Shown here: piece by piece, positions 1-10,623 of the stretch
Numbering within the stretch: position 1 is the first letter of the stretch
Layout: each line of letters starts with the position of its first letter
Origin: Escherichia phage fKMPT1
Direction: 5' to 3' (one strand)
Length of the DNA stretch: 64,000 nucleotides
Sequence record: PP620640
Program-made: the position numbers and the translations under genes
Notes under the pieces: model-generated
The model's database searches: none
The model's input: the letters and a program-made list of their open reading frames with translations, nothing else
What the model was told of the DNA's origin: nothing

Positions 1-1602
1 ATGGACTTAAATGCTATTAAGCAGAAGCGAGTGGAAGATGTTAGGAAAGTCCTAGCTGGAGAGTTGGGGCTTTCTGATGAAGTAAAAGAAATTATCAAAT
101 CATTCGGTAAAGACCCCTCTAAATTCCTTCCAACTCAAATTCTGACTTTATTAAGATACACACCAGACCAAGTTAGACTTATCTTCAAATTGATGACTGA
201 TAAGAACTATGTAGCCCCTCAGCCGGGTTCTCAAGAGGTCTTTTTAAATACTAATGCTGACTTGGTTCTCTATGGTGGTGCTGCTGGTGCTGGTAAGACT
301 GCTGCATTGTTAATGGACTCTTTAAGGTTTATTGACGACCCTAATTATAATGCTGTATATTTCCGTCGAAATACAACACAGTTACAAGGTGGTTTATGGC
401 CTGCTGCAAAGAAACTATTTGGTAAGTTTGGTGGGGTTCCTCACGAGCAGAAGATGACTATCACATTCCCTTCTGGGGCAACTATCAAGTTTACCTATCT
501 AGAACTTGAAAAGCACGCTGAAGGTCATCAGGGTATTGAATACTCAGCTATTTACTTTGACGAAGGTACACACTTCTCTGCTTCACAGATTTCATACCTA
601 CAGACTCGTCTACGTTCTGGGGCTGAAGGTGATTCATACATGAAGATTTCTATGAACCCAGACAGAGACCACTTTATTTACGATTGGGTAGAACCATTCT
701 TAGATGAAGAAGGTTACCCAGACCCTGAGAAATGTGGTCGTATTCGTTGGTATGTTATGAATGATGGTGTGATGGTTTCTGATTGGGAGAGAGACAAGAT
801 TCTTGAAATGTTCCCTCTTGAGATTCCTCAGACATATACATTCATCTCTGGTACGATTGATGACAACCCAATTCTTGACTTCTTAGAACCTAAATATCGT
901 GGTAAGTTGGAAAATAACACACCTGTAAACGTTGCAAGACTTCGTTTCGGTAACTGGAAGGCTCGTGCAGAAGGTTCAAACTATTGGCAAAGACAATGGT
1001 GTGAAATTGTTGATTCACTCCCAGAAGATGTATTCGATGTCAGAGCATGGGACTTAGCAGCAACTTTACCATCTGAGATTAACCCTAATCCAGACTGGAC
1101 AGCAGGTGTTAAGATGGGTAAATCTAAAAAAGACGGTTGCTATTATATCATTGATGTAGTAAGATTTAGAGATAGACCCTCTGGAGTCGAAACACAAATT
1201 AATTTGACTGCTGAAAGTGACGGTAAGCGAACTGGTATTTTTATCCCTCAAGACCCAGGCGCTGCTGGTAAATCCTACGCAACATCCCTCATCAGGAAAC
1301 TTGCCGAGAAAGGTTATCGAGCAAGAGCTAAACCAACAAATAAAGATAAAGTTACCCGATTTGCGGGGTTTTCTGCTGCTTCTGAAGCTGGACTTGTAAA
1401 AGTCTTGAGAGGTAGTTGGAATGAAGCTTACTTCCAAGAACTTGAAGGTTTTTGTGGTGATGGTAAAACTAAAGATGACCAAGTGGATGCTACCAGTGAT
1501 GCTTTCAACAGTCTTAACGAAGTTAAATTATTCAAGCCACCATCAATGGGTGCTCACACAGACTTAGTGAGAGGAAACCCATATGAGGGGCTTAGACGTT
1601 GA
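1..1602 (+). CDS. terL: Terminase large subunit (may be 5'-truncated by window edge)
   Basis: 533-aa ORF; Walker A P-loop GGAAGAGKT near N-terminus; first gene of structural module followed by portal-sized ORF. Confidence 0.8.
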   Translation: MDLNAIKQKRVEDVRKVLAGELGLSDEVKEIIKSFGKDPSKFLPTQILTLLRYTPDQVRLIFKLMTDKNYVAPQPGSQEVFLNTNADLVLYGGAAGAGKTAALLMDSLRFIDDPNYNAVYFRRNTTQLQGGLWPAAKKLFGKFGGVPHEQKMTITFPSGATIKFTYLELEKHAEGHQGIEYSAIYFDEGTHFSASQISYLQTRLRSGAEGDSYMKISMNPDRDHFIYDWVEPFLDEEGYPDPEKCGRIRWYVMNDGVMVSDWERDKILEMFPLEIPQTYTFISGTIDDNPILDFLEPKYRGKLENNTPVNVARLRFGNWKARAEGSNYWQRQWCEIVDSLPEDVFDVRAWDLAATLPSEINPNPDWTAGVKMGKSKKDGCYYIIDVVRFRDRPSGVETQINLTAESDGKRTGIFIPQDPGAAGKSYATSLIRKLAEKGYRARAKPTNKDKVTRFAGFSAASEAGLVKVLRGSWNEAYFQELEGFCGDGKTKDDQVDATSDAFNSLNEVKLFKPPSMGAHTDLVRGNPYEGLRR

Positions 1603-1609
1603 TAGCTAG

Positions 1610-3085
1610 GTGAGAAGAATGGCAGAAATTACAGAAACACAAGAAAGCTTACCACCATTTAGAATGGGTGAAGTAGGTTCTTTGGGTCTGAAGGTTAAGA
1701 ATGGAAGAATCTATGAAGAACCTCGTCAGGCACTAAGGTTCCCTGAAAGTATTAAAACTTTCCAATTAATGATGCGTGACCCTGCTGTAGCAGCATCTGT
1801 AAATATTATTAAGATGTTTGTCAGAAAAGTCAACTGGAGATTCGTACCTCCAAAGGGAAAAGAGCAAGACCCTAAAATGCTTGAAAGAGCAGACTTCTTT
1901 AATTCTTTAATGGATGACATGGAGCATGATTGGGCAGATTTTATTAACTCTGTAATGTCATTCTGCACTTATGGGTTCTGTGTTAACGAAAAGGTTTATA
2001 AGAAACGTCAGGGTAAAAAAGGAAAGTATCAGTCAAAATTTGATGATGGTCTAATTGGGTGGGCTAAATTACCAATCAGAAACCAGTCAACACTTGATAA
2101 GTGGTATTTTGACGAAGACTTTAGAAAAGTTACTGGTGTTAGACAGAATCTGAGAAATGTTTCACATATTGCTGGAGCAATTAATCTTGGAGAAAGACCA
2201 CTAACAAGAAAACTTCCACGAGCTAAATTCATGCTGTTTAAGTATGATGATGAATATGGAAATCCAGAAGGTCGTTCACCATTACTTAATGCTTATGTAC
2301 CGTGGAAATATAAAGTACAGATTGAAGAGTATGAAGCTGTTGGTGTTTCAAGAGACTTAGTAGGTATGCCAAAGATTGGTTTACCACCAGACTATCTAGA
2401 TGAAAATGCAGAACCTGAAAAGAAAGCTTTCGTACAATACTGCAAAACTGTTGTTAACGATATGATTGCTAATGACAGAGCAGGTTTAATCTGGCCTAGA
2501 TATATCGACCCAGATACTAAAGAGGATATCTTTGAGTTCTCATTGGTTTCTAGACAGGGTGCTAAAGCATACGATACAGGCTCTATTATTGACAGATATT
2601 CCAAGCAAATTATGATGGCATTTATGTCAGATGTTCTTGCTATGGGCCAGTCAAAATATGGTTCATTCTCTCTTGCAGATTCTAAGACAAGCCTATTAGC
2701 AATGTCAGTAGATATTCTGCTGAAGCAAATTAAGAACGTAATTAACCGTGATTTAGTTGCACAGACTTATGCTCTTAATATGTGGGATGATGAAGAACAT
2801 GTACAAATCACATATGATGATATCGAAACTCCAGACCTTGAAGCAATTGGTTCTTATATTCAGAAGACTGTTGCAGTAGGTGCTTTGGAAGTTGACAAAG
2901 AGCTATCTAACAAACTTAGAGAGCATATTGGTCTTCCTCCTGCTGATGAGTCTCAGCCAGTATCTGAAAAGCTTTCTCCGAATAGCCAAAGCCGTTCAGG
3001 AGATGGTTATAAGACCGCTGGAGAAGGTACTGCAAAGACACCTTCAGCGAAAGACCCAAGCACAGCAAATAAGGCAAATAAATAA
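1610..3085 (+). CDS. Portal protein (candidate)
   Basis: 491-aa ORF immediately downstream of terL, canonical position and size; no motif recognised by eye. Confidence 0.55.
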   Translation: MRRMAEITETQESLPPFRMGEVGSLGLKVKNGRIYEEPRQALRFPESIKTFQLMMRDPAVAASVNIIKMFVRKVNWRFVPPKGKEQDPKMLERADFFNSLMDDMEHDWADFINSVMSFCTYGFCVNEKVYKKRQGKKGKYQSKFDDGLIGWAKLPIRNQSTLDKWYFDEDFRKVTGVRQNLRNVSHIAGAINLGERPLTRKLPRAKFMLFKYDDEYGNPEGRSPLLNAYVPWKYKVQIEEYEAVGVSRDLVGMPKIGLPPDYLDENAEPEKKAFVQYCKTVVNDMIANDRAGLIWPRYIDPDTKEDIFEFSLVSRQGAKAYDTGSIIDRYSKQIMMAFMSDVLAMGQSKYGSFSLADSKTSLLAMSVDILLKQIKNVINRDLVAQTYALNMWDDEEHVQITYDDIETPDLEAIGSYIQKTVAVGALEVDKELSNKLREHIGLPPADESQPVSEKLSPNSQSRSGDGYKTAGEGTAKTPSAKDPSTANKANK

Positions 3086-3585
3086 TGGCTGAAGTTATCT
3101 CTATTTCAAATGCTACACGAGTGCATTCGTATAGAGGTGTCCTTATCATTACTGACAAGCTATCTGTAGAGGCTGGCTCAAGGGTCAGCCTTTCAGGTTA
3201 TGTTAGTGATGGTGGAATCTCTGACGTTTTCACTATTTGCAGGTTACTTGATGCACCAATGAGTGGAAAACCGTTTATTTCAGGAAATTGTAGTGAAATT
3301 GTTAAAATTCCATTTGACAGTTCATGCCTTTTGGGTGTAAAGTTATATAACTGCGAGAATAAACGTATCAATGTTAATAGCATTGAAGCCGCTTTCATTA
3401 CCCTCGATACTGCATTTCAATCCCCAATGACAGTTAACAAAGAAACAAACAGACTTGAATACATTTTTTCACAAAATGATTACAAAGTACTTGTCAAAGG
3501 TAAAGTATATGATATGATTGTAAATGTGGTAGATGAATCTGGTAACCATTCAACAGTCCTTAAACAAAAAGTAAGGTTTAATTAA
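3085..3585 (+). CDS. Hypothetical head-associated protein
   Basis: 166-aa ORF, start overlaps portal stop (ATGA-type coupling). Confidence 0.4.
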   Translation: MAEVISISNATRVHSYRGVLIITDKLSVEAGSRVSLSGYVSDGGISDVFTICRLLDAPMSGKPFISGNCSEIVKIPFDSSCLLGVKLYNCENKRINVNSIEAAFITLDTAFQSPMTVNKETNRLEYIFSQNDYKVLVKGKVYDMIVNVVDESGNHSTVLKQKVRFN

Positions 3586-3917
3586 TGGGAACATTAACTA
3601 TTGATGGTAAGAATAAAATCCTCGCCACGCTAACCCCAACGACTATTATTTTACACAATGTAGACCCAACGGCAGACCCTACAGCAAATAAGGTTACTCA
3701 GCCAGTGGCTATTTATTTTTCTGAACCGGATAATGGCTTAATTGCCTCAGAAGACACAGTTAACATTACTGTTCCAGCTTCTGCAACGGTCTCACACTAT
3801 AGCTTGTGGGATGCTAACGATAAATGCGTGGCAACTGGTGCTCTTAGCAAACCTCAATTCTTTGCTGAAGAAGGTATCTATGTTATCTCTTCAGTCTCTG
3901 TAGATTTAAACAAATAG
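3585..3917 (+). CDS. Hypothetical head-associated protein
   Basis: 110-aa ORF translationally coupled to upstream ORF. Confidence 0.4.
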   Translation: MGTLTIDGKNKILATLTPTTIILHNVDPTADPTANKVTQPVAIYFSEPDNGLIASEDTVNITVPASATVSHYSLWDANDKCVATGALSKPQFFAEEGIYVISSVSVDLNK

Positions 3918-3928
3918 GGTGAGTAAAA

Positions 3929-5275
3929 ATGAGTTCGAATATCTTCAGACTTGCTGATAGATTATTCAACCAACCTTTACTAGCCACTGAATCATTAGCT
4001 CACTCAGCAGCAACTTATGTGAATAACAGATTGCTGGGTGATGTCCAAGCAGCAGTAAACTTTGATAAACCCAAAGGTGAAGCAAGAAGTCTTTTAAAAG
4101 TAAAAGATGATATTGCTATTATCCCTATTATGGGTGGTTTAACCCATCGTATGACATTCATTGATGCAATGTGTACGGGTGGTTTAAGCTCTTATGAGGG
4201 TTTACGCAGAGGCTTTGACGAAGCTTTAGCAGATGAGTCAATTAAGACTATTGTTCTGCATATTGATTCTGGTGGTGGTGAAGCTTCAGGTTGCTTTGAA
4301 TTAGCACGTCACATTATGGCTTCAAGAGGCCAAAAGAAAATTATTGCTTATGTAGATGAGTTCGCTTGTTCCGCTGCATATGCTCTTGCATCTTCTGCTG
4401 AAGAAATTATTGCATCACCAGATGCAGATGTTGGTTCTATCGGTGTAATCATGGTTCATCAGGAATTAACTAAGGCATTTGAAAAGAATGGCGTAACAAT
4501 TAACGTCATCAAAGCTGGTGAGTTTAAAGGTATGGGTTCACCATTCCAAGCACTTTCAGAAGAAAGCAAAGAAAGACTTCAAAAGAGAATTAATGATACC
4601 TACGCAACCTTTACAGGTTTTGTAGCTGAATCTCGTAATCTCTCTGAAGAAGCTGTAAAGAATACTGAGGCGAATGTTTATTCTGCTCAGGAAGCTCTTG
4701 AACTTGGTTTAATTAACTCAATCATGTCTCAAGATGATTTCTTAAATTACTTACAAGGTTCTGAAGAGGCTCCTGTAAGTTTAAACGTTAACAATTCAGG
4801 TGAAGAAATGACTGAACAAGAAAAGCAAGAACTAGAAACTTTGCGTCTTCAGGTTGCTCAAATGAAAGCTAAAGAACAGGAAGCTGCTTTGTCAGATTTG
4901 ACTAATAAGATTTCTGCTTCTGCTGAAGCTTTTGGATTTGATGCAAAAGAAGCTGCAACGACTATTTTAGGTGCTGGTCTTGATAACCCTCTGAGTGTTC
5001 TGTTTATGAATGCTATGGAAGGTGCTAACCAGAAACTTAATGAAACTATCGCGTCCCACGCTTCTGCAATGGAAGAAAAAGAATCAGAAATTACCAAGCT
5101 GAAAGAAACTGCTGGTGCTGTTCTTGAACATTCCAACGCTATGGAAGAAATGGGTAATGACGGCGAAGCTGATTTGGTTGAAGAAGAAAAAGAACCAGCT
5201 AAGAATGCTTCCGAAGACACCGCTGAACAACGCAAACTGGCTCTCCAGAATGCTCTAAAATCTCTTATCAAATAA
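3929..5275 (+). CDS. Prohead protease, S49 (SppA/ClpP-fold) family with C-terminal coiled-coil scaffold-like region
   Basis: 448 aa; S49-like segments HIDSGGGEASGCFELARHI and AYVDEFACSAAYALASSAEEI, VGSIGVIM; acidic/helical C-terminus; lies between portal and capsid. Confidence 0.7.
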   Translation: MSSNIFRLADRLFNQPLLATESLAHSAATYVNNRLLGDVQAAVNFDKPKGEARSLLKVKDDIAIIPIMGGLTHRMTFIDAMCTGGLSSYEGLRRGFDEALADESIKTIVLHIDSGGGEASGCFELARHIMASRGQKKIIAYVDEFACSAAYALASSAEEIIASPDADVGSIGVIMVHQELTKAFEKNGVTINVIKAGEFKGMGSPFQALSEESKERLQKRINDTYATFTGFVAESRNLSEEAVKNTEANVYSAQEALELGLINSIMSQDDFLNYLQGSEEAPVSLNVNNSGEEMTEQEKQELETLRLQVAQMKAKEQEAALSDLTNKISASAEAFGFDAKEAATTILGAGLDNPLSVLFMNAMEGANQKLNETIASHASAMEEKESEITKLKETAGAVLEHSNAMEEMGNDGEADLVEEEKEPAKNASEDTAEQRKLALQNALKSLIK

Positions 5276-5286
5276 GGAACACAACA

Positions 5287-5664
5287 ATGGCATATCAAGG
5301 TTTTACTAAGTTAGGTAACAGAGAACCTCTGAATGATATCATTCTTTGGGAACAGATTACCCCAACAGGCCACTCTCGTAAAGAGTACACTCCAGTTGCT
5401 TCAACAGAATACCGTGTAGGTGAAGTTCTGAAAGCAGATGGTACTAAGGTTACAGCAGGGCAAGAAGCTCAGGCTGACTCTGTATGTATCGTTAACTTCT
5501 ACGCAGACTCACAACTGTCTTATCATGGTCAGTTGAAAGTGGTAGGTATCTACCGCGATGCAGAACTGAAAGACATGCTTACTCTTGAGTCTGGCGTTAA
5601 TGCTGAGAACGTCAAGAAAGCTCTGGCTGCTAAAGGTATTGATTTCGTACCAACTGGCCTGTAA
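5287..5664 (+). CDS. Hypothetical head protein (decoration protein candidate)
   Basis: 125-aa ORF between protease and major capsid gene; RBS-like AAGGAAC upstream. Confidence 0.35.
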   Translation: MAYQGFTKLGNREPLNDIILWEQITPTGHSRKEYTPVASTEYRVGEVLKADGTKVTAGQEAQADSVCIVNFYADSQLSYHGQLKVVGIYRDAELKDMLTLESGVNAENVKKALAAKGIDFVPTGL

Positions 5665-5697
5665 TAACAATAATAAGACATTCTGGAGAATTTTACA

Positions 5698-6810
5698 ATG
5701 TTGACTAATTCTGAAAAAAGCAGATTTTTCCTTGCTGACCTGACTGGTGAAGTCCAGTCTATCCCAAATACTTATGGGTATATTTCCAACTTAGGTCTGT
5801 TCCGTTCAGCACCAATCACCCAAACTACTTTCCTTATGGACTTGACTGATTGGGATGTTAGCTTGCTTGATGCGGTAGACCGTGATAGCCGTAAAGCAGA
5901 GACTAGCGCACCTGAGCGAGTTCGTCAAATCAGCTTCCCAATGATGTACTTCAAAGAAGTTGAAAGCATCACTCCTGATGAAATTCAGGGTGTACGTCAG
6001 CCAGGCACTGCAAACGAACTGACTACTGAAGCAGTAGTACGTGCTAAGAAGCTGATGAAGATTCGTACCAAGTTCGATATTACTCGTGAGTTTCTGTTTA
6101 TGCAAGCTCTGAAGGGTAAAGTTGTTGATGCTCGTGGTACTCTGTACGCTGACCTGTACAAGCAGTTCGACGTTGAGAAGAAGACTATTCACTTCGACCT
6201 AGACAACCCTAATGCTGACATCGACGCTTCTATTGAAGAACTGCGTATGCACATGGAAGACGAAGCGAAGACTGGCACTGTAATCAACGGTGAAGAAATT
6301 CACGTAGTTGTTGACCGTGTATTCTTCAGCAAACTGGTTAAGCATCCGAAGGTTCGTGACGCTTATCTTGCACAGCAGACTCCACTGGCTTGGCAGCAGA
6401 TTACTGGTTCTCTGAGAACTGGTGGTACTGACGGCGTTCAGGCTCACATGAACACTTTCTACTACGGTGGTGTTAAGTTTGTCCAGTACAACGGTAAGTT
6501 CAAAGACAAGCGTGGTAAGGTTCACACTCTGGTGAGCATTGATGGTGTTACTCAGGATGGAACTGTAGGTGTAGGACATGCTTTCCCTAACGTTTCTATG
6601 CTGGGTGAAGCAAACAACATCTTCGAAGTGGCATATGGCCCATGTCCTAAGATGGGTTACGCGAATACACTTGGTCAGGAACTATACGTATTCGAATACG
6701 AAAAAGACCGTGACGAAGGTATCGACTTTGAAGCTCACTCTTACATGCTGCCATACTGTACTCGTCCTCAGCTGCTGGTAGATGTTCGTTCTGACGCTAA
6801 AGGCGAATAA
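5698..6810 (+). CDS. Major capsid protein (candidate)
   Basis: 370-aa ORF following protease; codon usage visibly shifted toward CTG/CGT/GGT/GAA typical of highly expressed genes. Confidence 0.55.
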   Translation: MLTNSEKSRFFLADLTGEVQSIPNTYGYISNLGLFRSAPITQTTFLMDLTDWDVSLLDAVDRDSRKAETSAPERVRQISFPMMYFKEVESITPDEIQGVRQPGTANELTTEAVVRAKKLMKIRTKFDITREFLFMQALKGKVVDARGTLYADLYKQFDVEKKTIHFDLDNPNADIDASIEELRMHMEDEAKTGTVINGEEIHVVVDRVFFSKLVKHPKVRDAYLAQQTPLAWQQITGSLRTGGTDGVQAHMNTFYYGGVKFVQYNGKFKDKRGKVHTLVSIDGVTQDGTVGVGHAFPNVSMLGEANNIFEVAYGPCPKMGYANTLGQELYVFEYEKDRDEGIDFEAHSYMLPYCTRPQLLVDVRSDAKGE

Positions 6811-6831
6811 TATTCTTAAGGAGGGTTATGA

Positions 6832-7281
6832 ATGTGTTATACAGGCGACCCAGCCAATAACCCTCTTGATAGAGTAAGAATCCTCTGCACAGACACCAAT
6901 AATGATGAAATTCTTATTGAACAGTCTGTGCTAGAGTGGTTCTATCTAGAATCTGGAAAGGATGAAAAGAAAGCAGCCATCAAAGCTCTTAAATATTTAC
7001 TCTTTCAAGTAGCCAAGATGGGAGATGAGAAGGTTGGTGGTGTTTACTTGCGTAACTCTTCCAGATTCAAGTCTCTGAAAGCTGTTTATGACGACCTTGT
7101 TAAAAGCTCTGTTTCAGGACTGCCCTATGCAGGTGGTATTAGTCAGTGTGATATTGACATGCGTCGTCATAATCCTTGCTCTGTCAAGAAATACACAGAA
7201 TATGGTGATGCTGCCAGATATGAAGGCAGAGATTACTGCAACCGTGTTAATGGCGTATTTATTATCGAGCGAGATGAATAA
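6832..7281 (+). CDS. Hypothetical head-tail connector/completion protein
   Basis: 149-aa ORF with strong RBS AAGGAGGG; position in morphogenesis module. Confidence 0.4.
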   Translation: MCYTGDPANNPLDRVRILCTDTNNDEILIEQSVLEWFYLESGKDEKKAAIKALKYLLFQVAKMGDEKVGGVYLRNSSRFKSLKAVYDDLVKSSVSGLPYAGGISQCDIDMRRHNPCSVKKYTEYGDAARYEGRDYCNRVNGVFIIERDE

Positions 7282-7763
7282 TGGTTAAAAGGGTTATTCA
7301 CCCCGCTAGAGCAAAATTAGTCGGGGCTATGAAGAACTTGCAAACGGCTAATGCTCAAGTTGGGTATTTTCAAGAACAAGGTCAACATAGCTCTGGTTTT
7401 TCTTATCCTGCTTTAATGTATTTACAAGAAGTTATTGGGGTTCCCTCAGCTTCTGGTAAAGTATATCGTAGGTTGTTTGAAATCACTATGATGCTAAACA
7501 AACAGACCTTGTTAGAGCAGACTAAGAAGAGTCTATATAAGCAACTTAGCAGTCTCAACGTAGACCCTTCAAATACCTTAGAAGCATTTGCAAAGAATGC
7601 TCAGAAGGCAATTAAAAGAGGTTTTGGTAATTCTGCTATCCTCCCTCCTAACGCACCTTCCACAGTCAAGAAAAAAGGCTTTAATGCACCTCTTGTTGAG
7701 ACAGGTGACTTAAGGGATAACCTTGCTTATAAAATTTCTACTAAGAAGGGTATTAAAAAATGA
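7281..7763 (+). CDS. Hypothetical head-tail joining protein
   Basis: 160-aa ORF, coupled start (ATGA overlap). Confidence 0.4.
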   Translation: MVKRVIHPARAKLVGAMKNLQTANAQVGYFQEQGQHSSGFSYPALMYLQEVIGVPSASGKVYRRLFEITMMLNKQTLLEQTKKSLYKQLSSLNVDPSNTLEAFAKNAQKAIKRGFGNSAILPPNAPSTVKKKGFNAPLVETGDLRDNLAYKISTKKGIKK

Positions 7764-8161
7764 GGCTCTTAAACAGACACAGCTTTGTAGTAAAGCGTAA
7801 AGTCTCTGAAGACGGTTATTATAATGATGATGGTGATTGGGTAGCTTCACAAGATATTGTAGAGGTTAACTGCAAAGGTAATATCCAGCCATACATCAAA
7901 GGTTCTGTAAAGAACGGTACACAGATTGCTTTACCGGAAGGTATTAGGTTAACCGATACAAGAATCCTATATACCACATATAAACTTAGAACTTCAGATG
8001 ATGTAGAGTGGAATGAGTCTGACATTGTTATGATTGATGGTCATGAGTATGAAGTATTTATGACTATGGATTGGTCACAGCAATTAGCCCATACGTCCCA
8101 TTATGAATATATCATTATTAGAAGGGATAAAATGAATGCAGTTAGAAACAGCAGAACTTGA
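7760..8161 (+). CDS. Hypothetical head-tail joining protein
   Basis: 133-aa ORF, overlapping start. Confidence 0.4.
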   Translation: MRLLNRHSFVVKRKVSEDGYYNDDGDWVASQDIVEVNCKGNIQPYIKGSVKNGTQIALPEGIRLTDTRILYTTYKLRTSDDVEWNESDIVMIDGHEYEVFMTMDWSQQLAHTSHYEYIIIRRDKMNAVRNSRT

Positions 8162-8735
8162 AAAAGGTCTAGTCAGAACCTTAGTGGATGTTATTGGTCA
8201 CAGACTAGCTCGTGATAAAAATAATAGACCAAATGTAATTAGAGCTTACCCTTCTGATAACTCAAATGACAAAGGTTTAAAACCTGACCAGCCATTTATT
8301 ACTGTATATTGTCAAGATGCCGCAACACCTTATGGTTGGGTTCTTGATAAGTTTGTTGAGGATGATGTAGTTTGCTACAGAATTGCTTTTCAGATTCCAG
8401 TATTAATTACGGTAAATGGTAAAGGTGCTCATAGTATTATGCTTGAGCTTAAACAACGATTAGAGATGAGTTCAGTCAGAGATTTAATTCTTGAAGAGAC
8501 AGGAGCTACAGTTTTAGACACTGGAGCTATCCCAAATGACTACACTTATCTTAATACAGATTTCGAAAATTCTGCACCTCTTGTTGTAACTCTTGTAAAA
8601 AATTCAGTCCTGAAAGATGAACGTGGAGGTATTATTGAACGTGTCATTGTTGATGGTGAATTAGTTTACGAAGAAGGACAAGAGCCACCAGAATATACTA
8701 TCCATCTAGATGTAGACTCCAAAGGGGTAAAATAA
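8136..8735 (+). CDS. Hypothetical tail completion protein
   Basis: 199-aa ORF in structural operon. Confidence 0.35.
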   Translation: MQLETAELEKGLVRTLVDVIGHRLARDKNNRPNVIRAYPSDNSNDKGLKPDQPFITVYCQDAATPYGWVLDKFVEDDVVCYRIAFQIPVLITVNGKGAHSIMLELKQRLEMSSVRDLILEETGATVLDTGAIPNDYTYLNTDFENSAPLVVTLVKNSVLKDERGGIIERVIVDGELVYEEGQEPPEYTIHLDVDSKGVK

Positions 8736-10088
8736 ATGTGGAATCCAATTGTTAATGTAGATATTACATTGAACACCGCAGGAACTACAAGAGAAGGTTT
8801 TGGTTTGCCACTATTCTTAGCTTCAACAGATAACTTTGAAGAAAGAGTTCGTGGTTACACTTCCTTAACTGAAGTTGCTGAAGATTTCGATGAGAAGTCT
8901 GCTGCATATAAGGCTGCTAAACAACTTTGGAGTCAAACTCCTAAAGTAACTCAGCTTTATATTGGTAGACGTGCTATGCAGTACACTGTATCAATTCCTG
9001 ATGCCGTTACCGAAAGTACAGACTACTCAATCACTGTAGCTGCTGGCGGTGGAATTTCTCAACCATATCAGTATACAGCACAAAGCTCAGACACTGCTGA
9101 AGTAGTGTTGCAACAGTTTAAAACACAGATTGAAGCTGACCCAACAATCAAAGATAAGGTTTCTGTGAACGTAACTGGTAGTGGTGCTTCTACCACAATG
9201 ATTATTACCAAAGCTGGTGATAATGACTTTGTGAAAGTAACGACTACAGCACAAACAGTATCAATTGCAAGTACAACTGCTGATACAGCATCAACTGCTC
9301 TAGCAGCTATTGAAGCTTATTCAACTGACTGGTATTTCATTGCAGCAGAAGACAGAACTCAACAGTTTGTCTTAGCAATGGCTTCTGAGATTCAGGCTCG
9401 TAAGAAAATCTTCTTCACTGCTAACTCTGATGTAGCAGCACTACAAGGTACAGAATTAAACAGTGCAAATGATGTCCCAGCACAGCTTGCTAAGAATATG
9501 TACACTCGCACAGTTTGCTTGTGGCATCACACAGCATCAGAAGATTATCCAGAGATGGCATACATTGCTTATGGTGCTCCATATGATGCAGGTTCAATTG
9601 CTTGGGGTAATGCACAGTTAACTGGTGTAGCTGCTTCTCTACAGCCAACTAATAAGAGACCTCTGACAAGTATTCAGAAGTCAGCTTTAGATGCACGTCA
9701 CTGTAACTTTATTGACCTTGATGGTGGTGTTCCAGTGGTTCGTAGAGGGATTACTTCTGGTGGGGAATGGATTGATATCATCCGTGGTGTTGACTGGTTA
9801 GAATCAGACCTGAAAACTTCTCTGAGAGACTTGCTAATTAATCAGAAGGGTGGTAAGATTACTTATGATGATACTGGTATTACCCGTATTCGTCAAGTCA
9901 TTGAAACCTCTCTGCAAAGAGCAGTCAACAGAAACTTCCTGTCATCTTACACAGTTAATGTTCCTAAAGCCTCTCAAGTTGCTTTAGCAGACAAGAAAGC
10001 TCGTATCCTGAAAGATGTTACCTTCTCAGGTATCTTAGCAGGAGCTATCTTGGATGTTGACTTGAAAGGTACAGTGGCTTACGAATAA
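8736..10088 (+). CDS. Tail sheath protein (candidate)
   Basis: 450-aa ORF directly upstream of a ~150-aa tube-sized ORF and chaperone/tape-measure genes; baseplate genes downstream are of contractile-tail type. Confidence 0.45.
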   Translation: MWNPIVNVDITLNTAGTTREGFGLPLFLASTDNFEERVRGYTSLTEVAEDFDEKSAAYKAAKQLWSQTPKVTQLYIGRRAMQYTVSIPDAVTESTDYSITVAAGGGISQPYQYTAQSSDTAEVVLQQFKTQIEADPTIKDKVSVNVTGSGASTTMIITKAGDNDFVKVTTTAQTVSIASTTADTASTALAAIEAYSTDWYFIAAEDRTQQFVLAMASEIQARKKIFFTANSDVAALQGTELNSANDVPAQLAKNMYTRTVCLWHHTASEDYPEMAYIAYGAPYDAGSIAWGNAQLTGVAASLQPTNKRPLTSIQKSALDARHCNFIDLDGGVPVVRRGITSGGEWIDIIRGVDWLESDLKTSLRDLLINQKGGKITYDDTGITRIRQVIETSLQRAVNRNFLSSYTVNVPKASQVALADKKARILKDVTFSGILAGAILDVDLKGTVAYE

Positions 10089-10103
10089 TAGAGGTAAATT
10101 GGA

Positions 10104-10550
10104 ATGGCTATGTATCAGCAATATTCCCCTAAAGACGTTGTATGTAGCTGGAACGGCATTGCTATTGAAGGCTTTGCTCCAGATTCATTCTTACGTCTAC
10201 AGAGAACATCACCACTTATCACACCAGTTGTAGGTGCAGGTGGTCAGGTTGCTCTGACAAGAAATGCAGACAAGACAGGTACTATTGAGATTGAGCTAAT
10301 GCAGACTTCTCTCTCTAATCAGATGCTTTCTGCAATTCAAGCTAAACAAGACAATATGGAACTTGAAGAAGATATCTCTTCTAACTTCGTAATCTACGAC
10401 CCATCAGGCTCTGTTCTGGCAACTGGTATTAATGCTTGGTTGCAGGAACTACCACAGATTGAACTTGGTCGTGACCAGAACTCTAAAACTTGGATTTTTG
10501 GTTGTGAGAAGCTAGACTACACTTCTACAATTCCAGCGTCAAGTGTTTAA
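10104..10550 (+). CDS. Tail tube protein (candidate)
   Basis: 148-aa ORF after sheath candidate, followed by strong terminator. Confidence 0.45.
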   Translation: MAMYQQYSPKDVVCSWNGIAIEGFAPDSFLRLQRTSPLITPVVGAGGQVALTRNADKTGTIEIELMQTSLSNQMLSAIQAKQDNMELEEDISSNFVIYDPSGSVLATGINAWLQELPQIELGRDQNSKTWIFGCEKLDYTSTIPASSV

Positions 10551-10560
10551 TAAATCCTAT

Positions 10561-10597
10561 AAGGGGGAGACTTTAAAAGGTCTTCCCCTTTTTTGTT
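10561..10597 (+). terminator. Rho-independent terminator after tail tube gene
   Basis: aagggggagac / gtcttcccctt stem with short loop followed by TTTTTTGTTT. Confidence 0.7.
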
Positions 10598-10623
10598 TCT
10601 TTTAAAAGTATTAAGGAATCACA

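Noticed and set aside
1066-1482. Antisense or internal ORFs of 60-180 aa overlapping large well-supported genes (examples: 1066-1482, 4858-5298, 5806-6192, 31965-32387, 32424-32888, 34064-34495, 55500-56033)
   Set aside because: They lie opposite or inside genes with clear motifs or synteny, lack RBS context and have low-complexity composition typical of spurious ORFs in AT-rich DNA.
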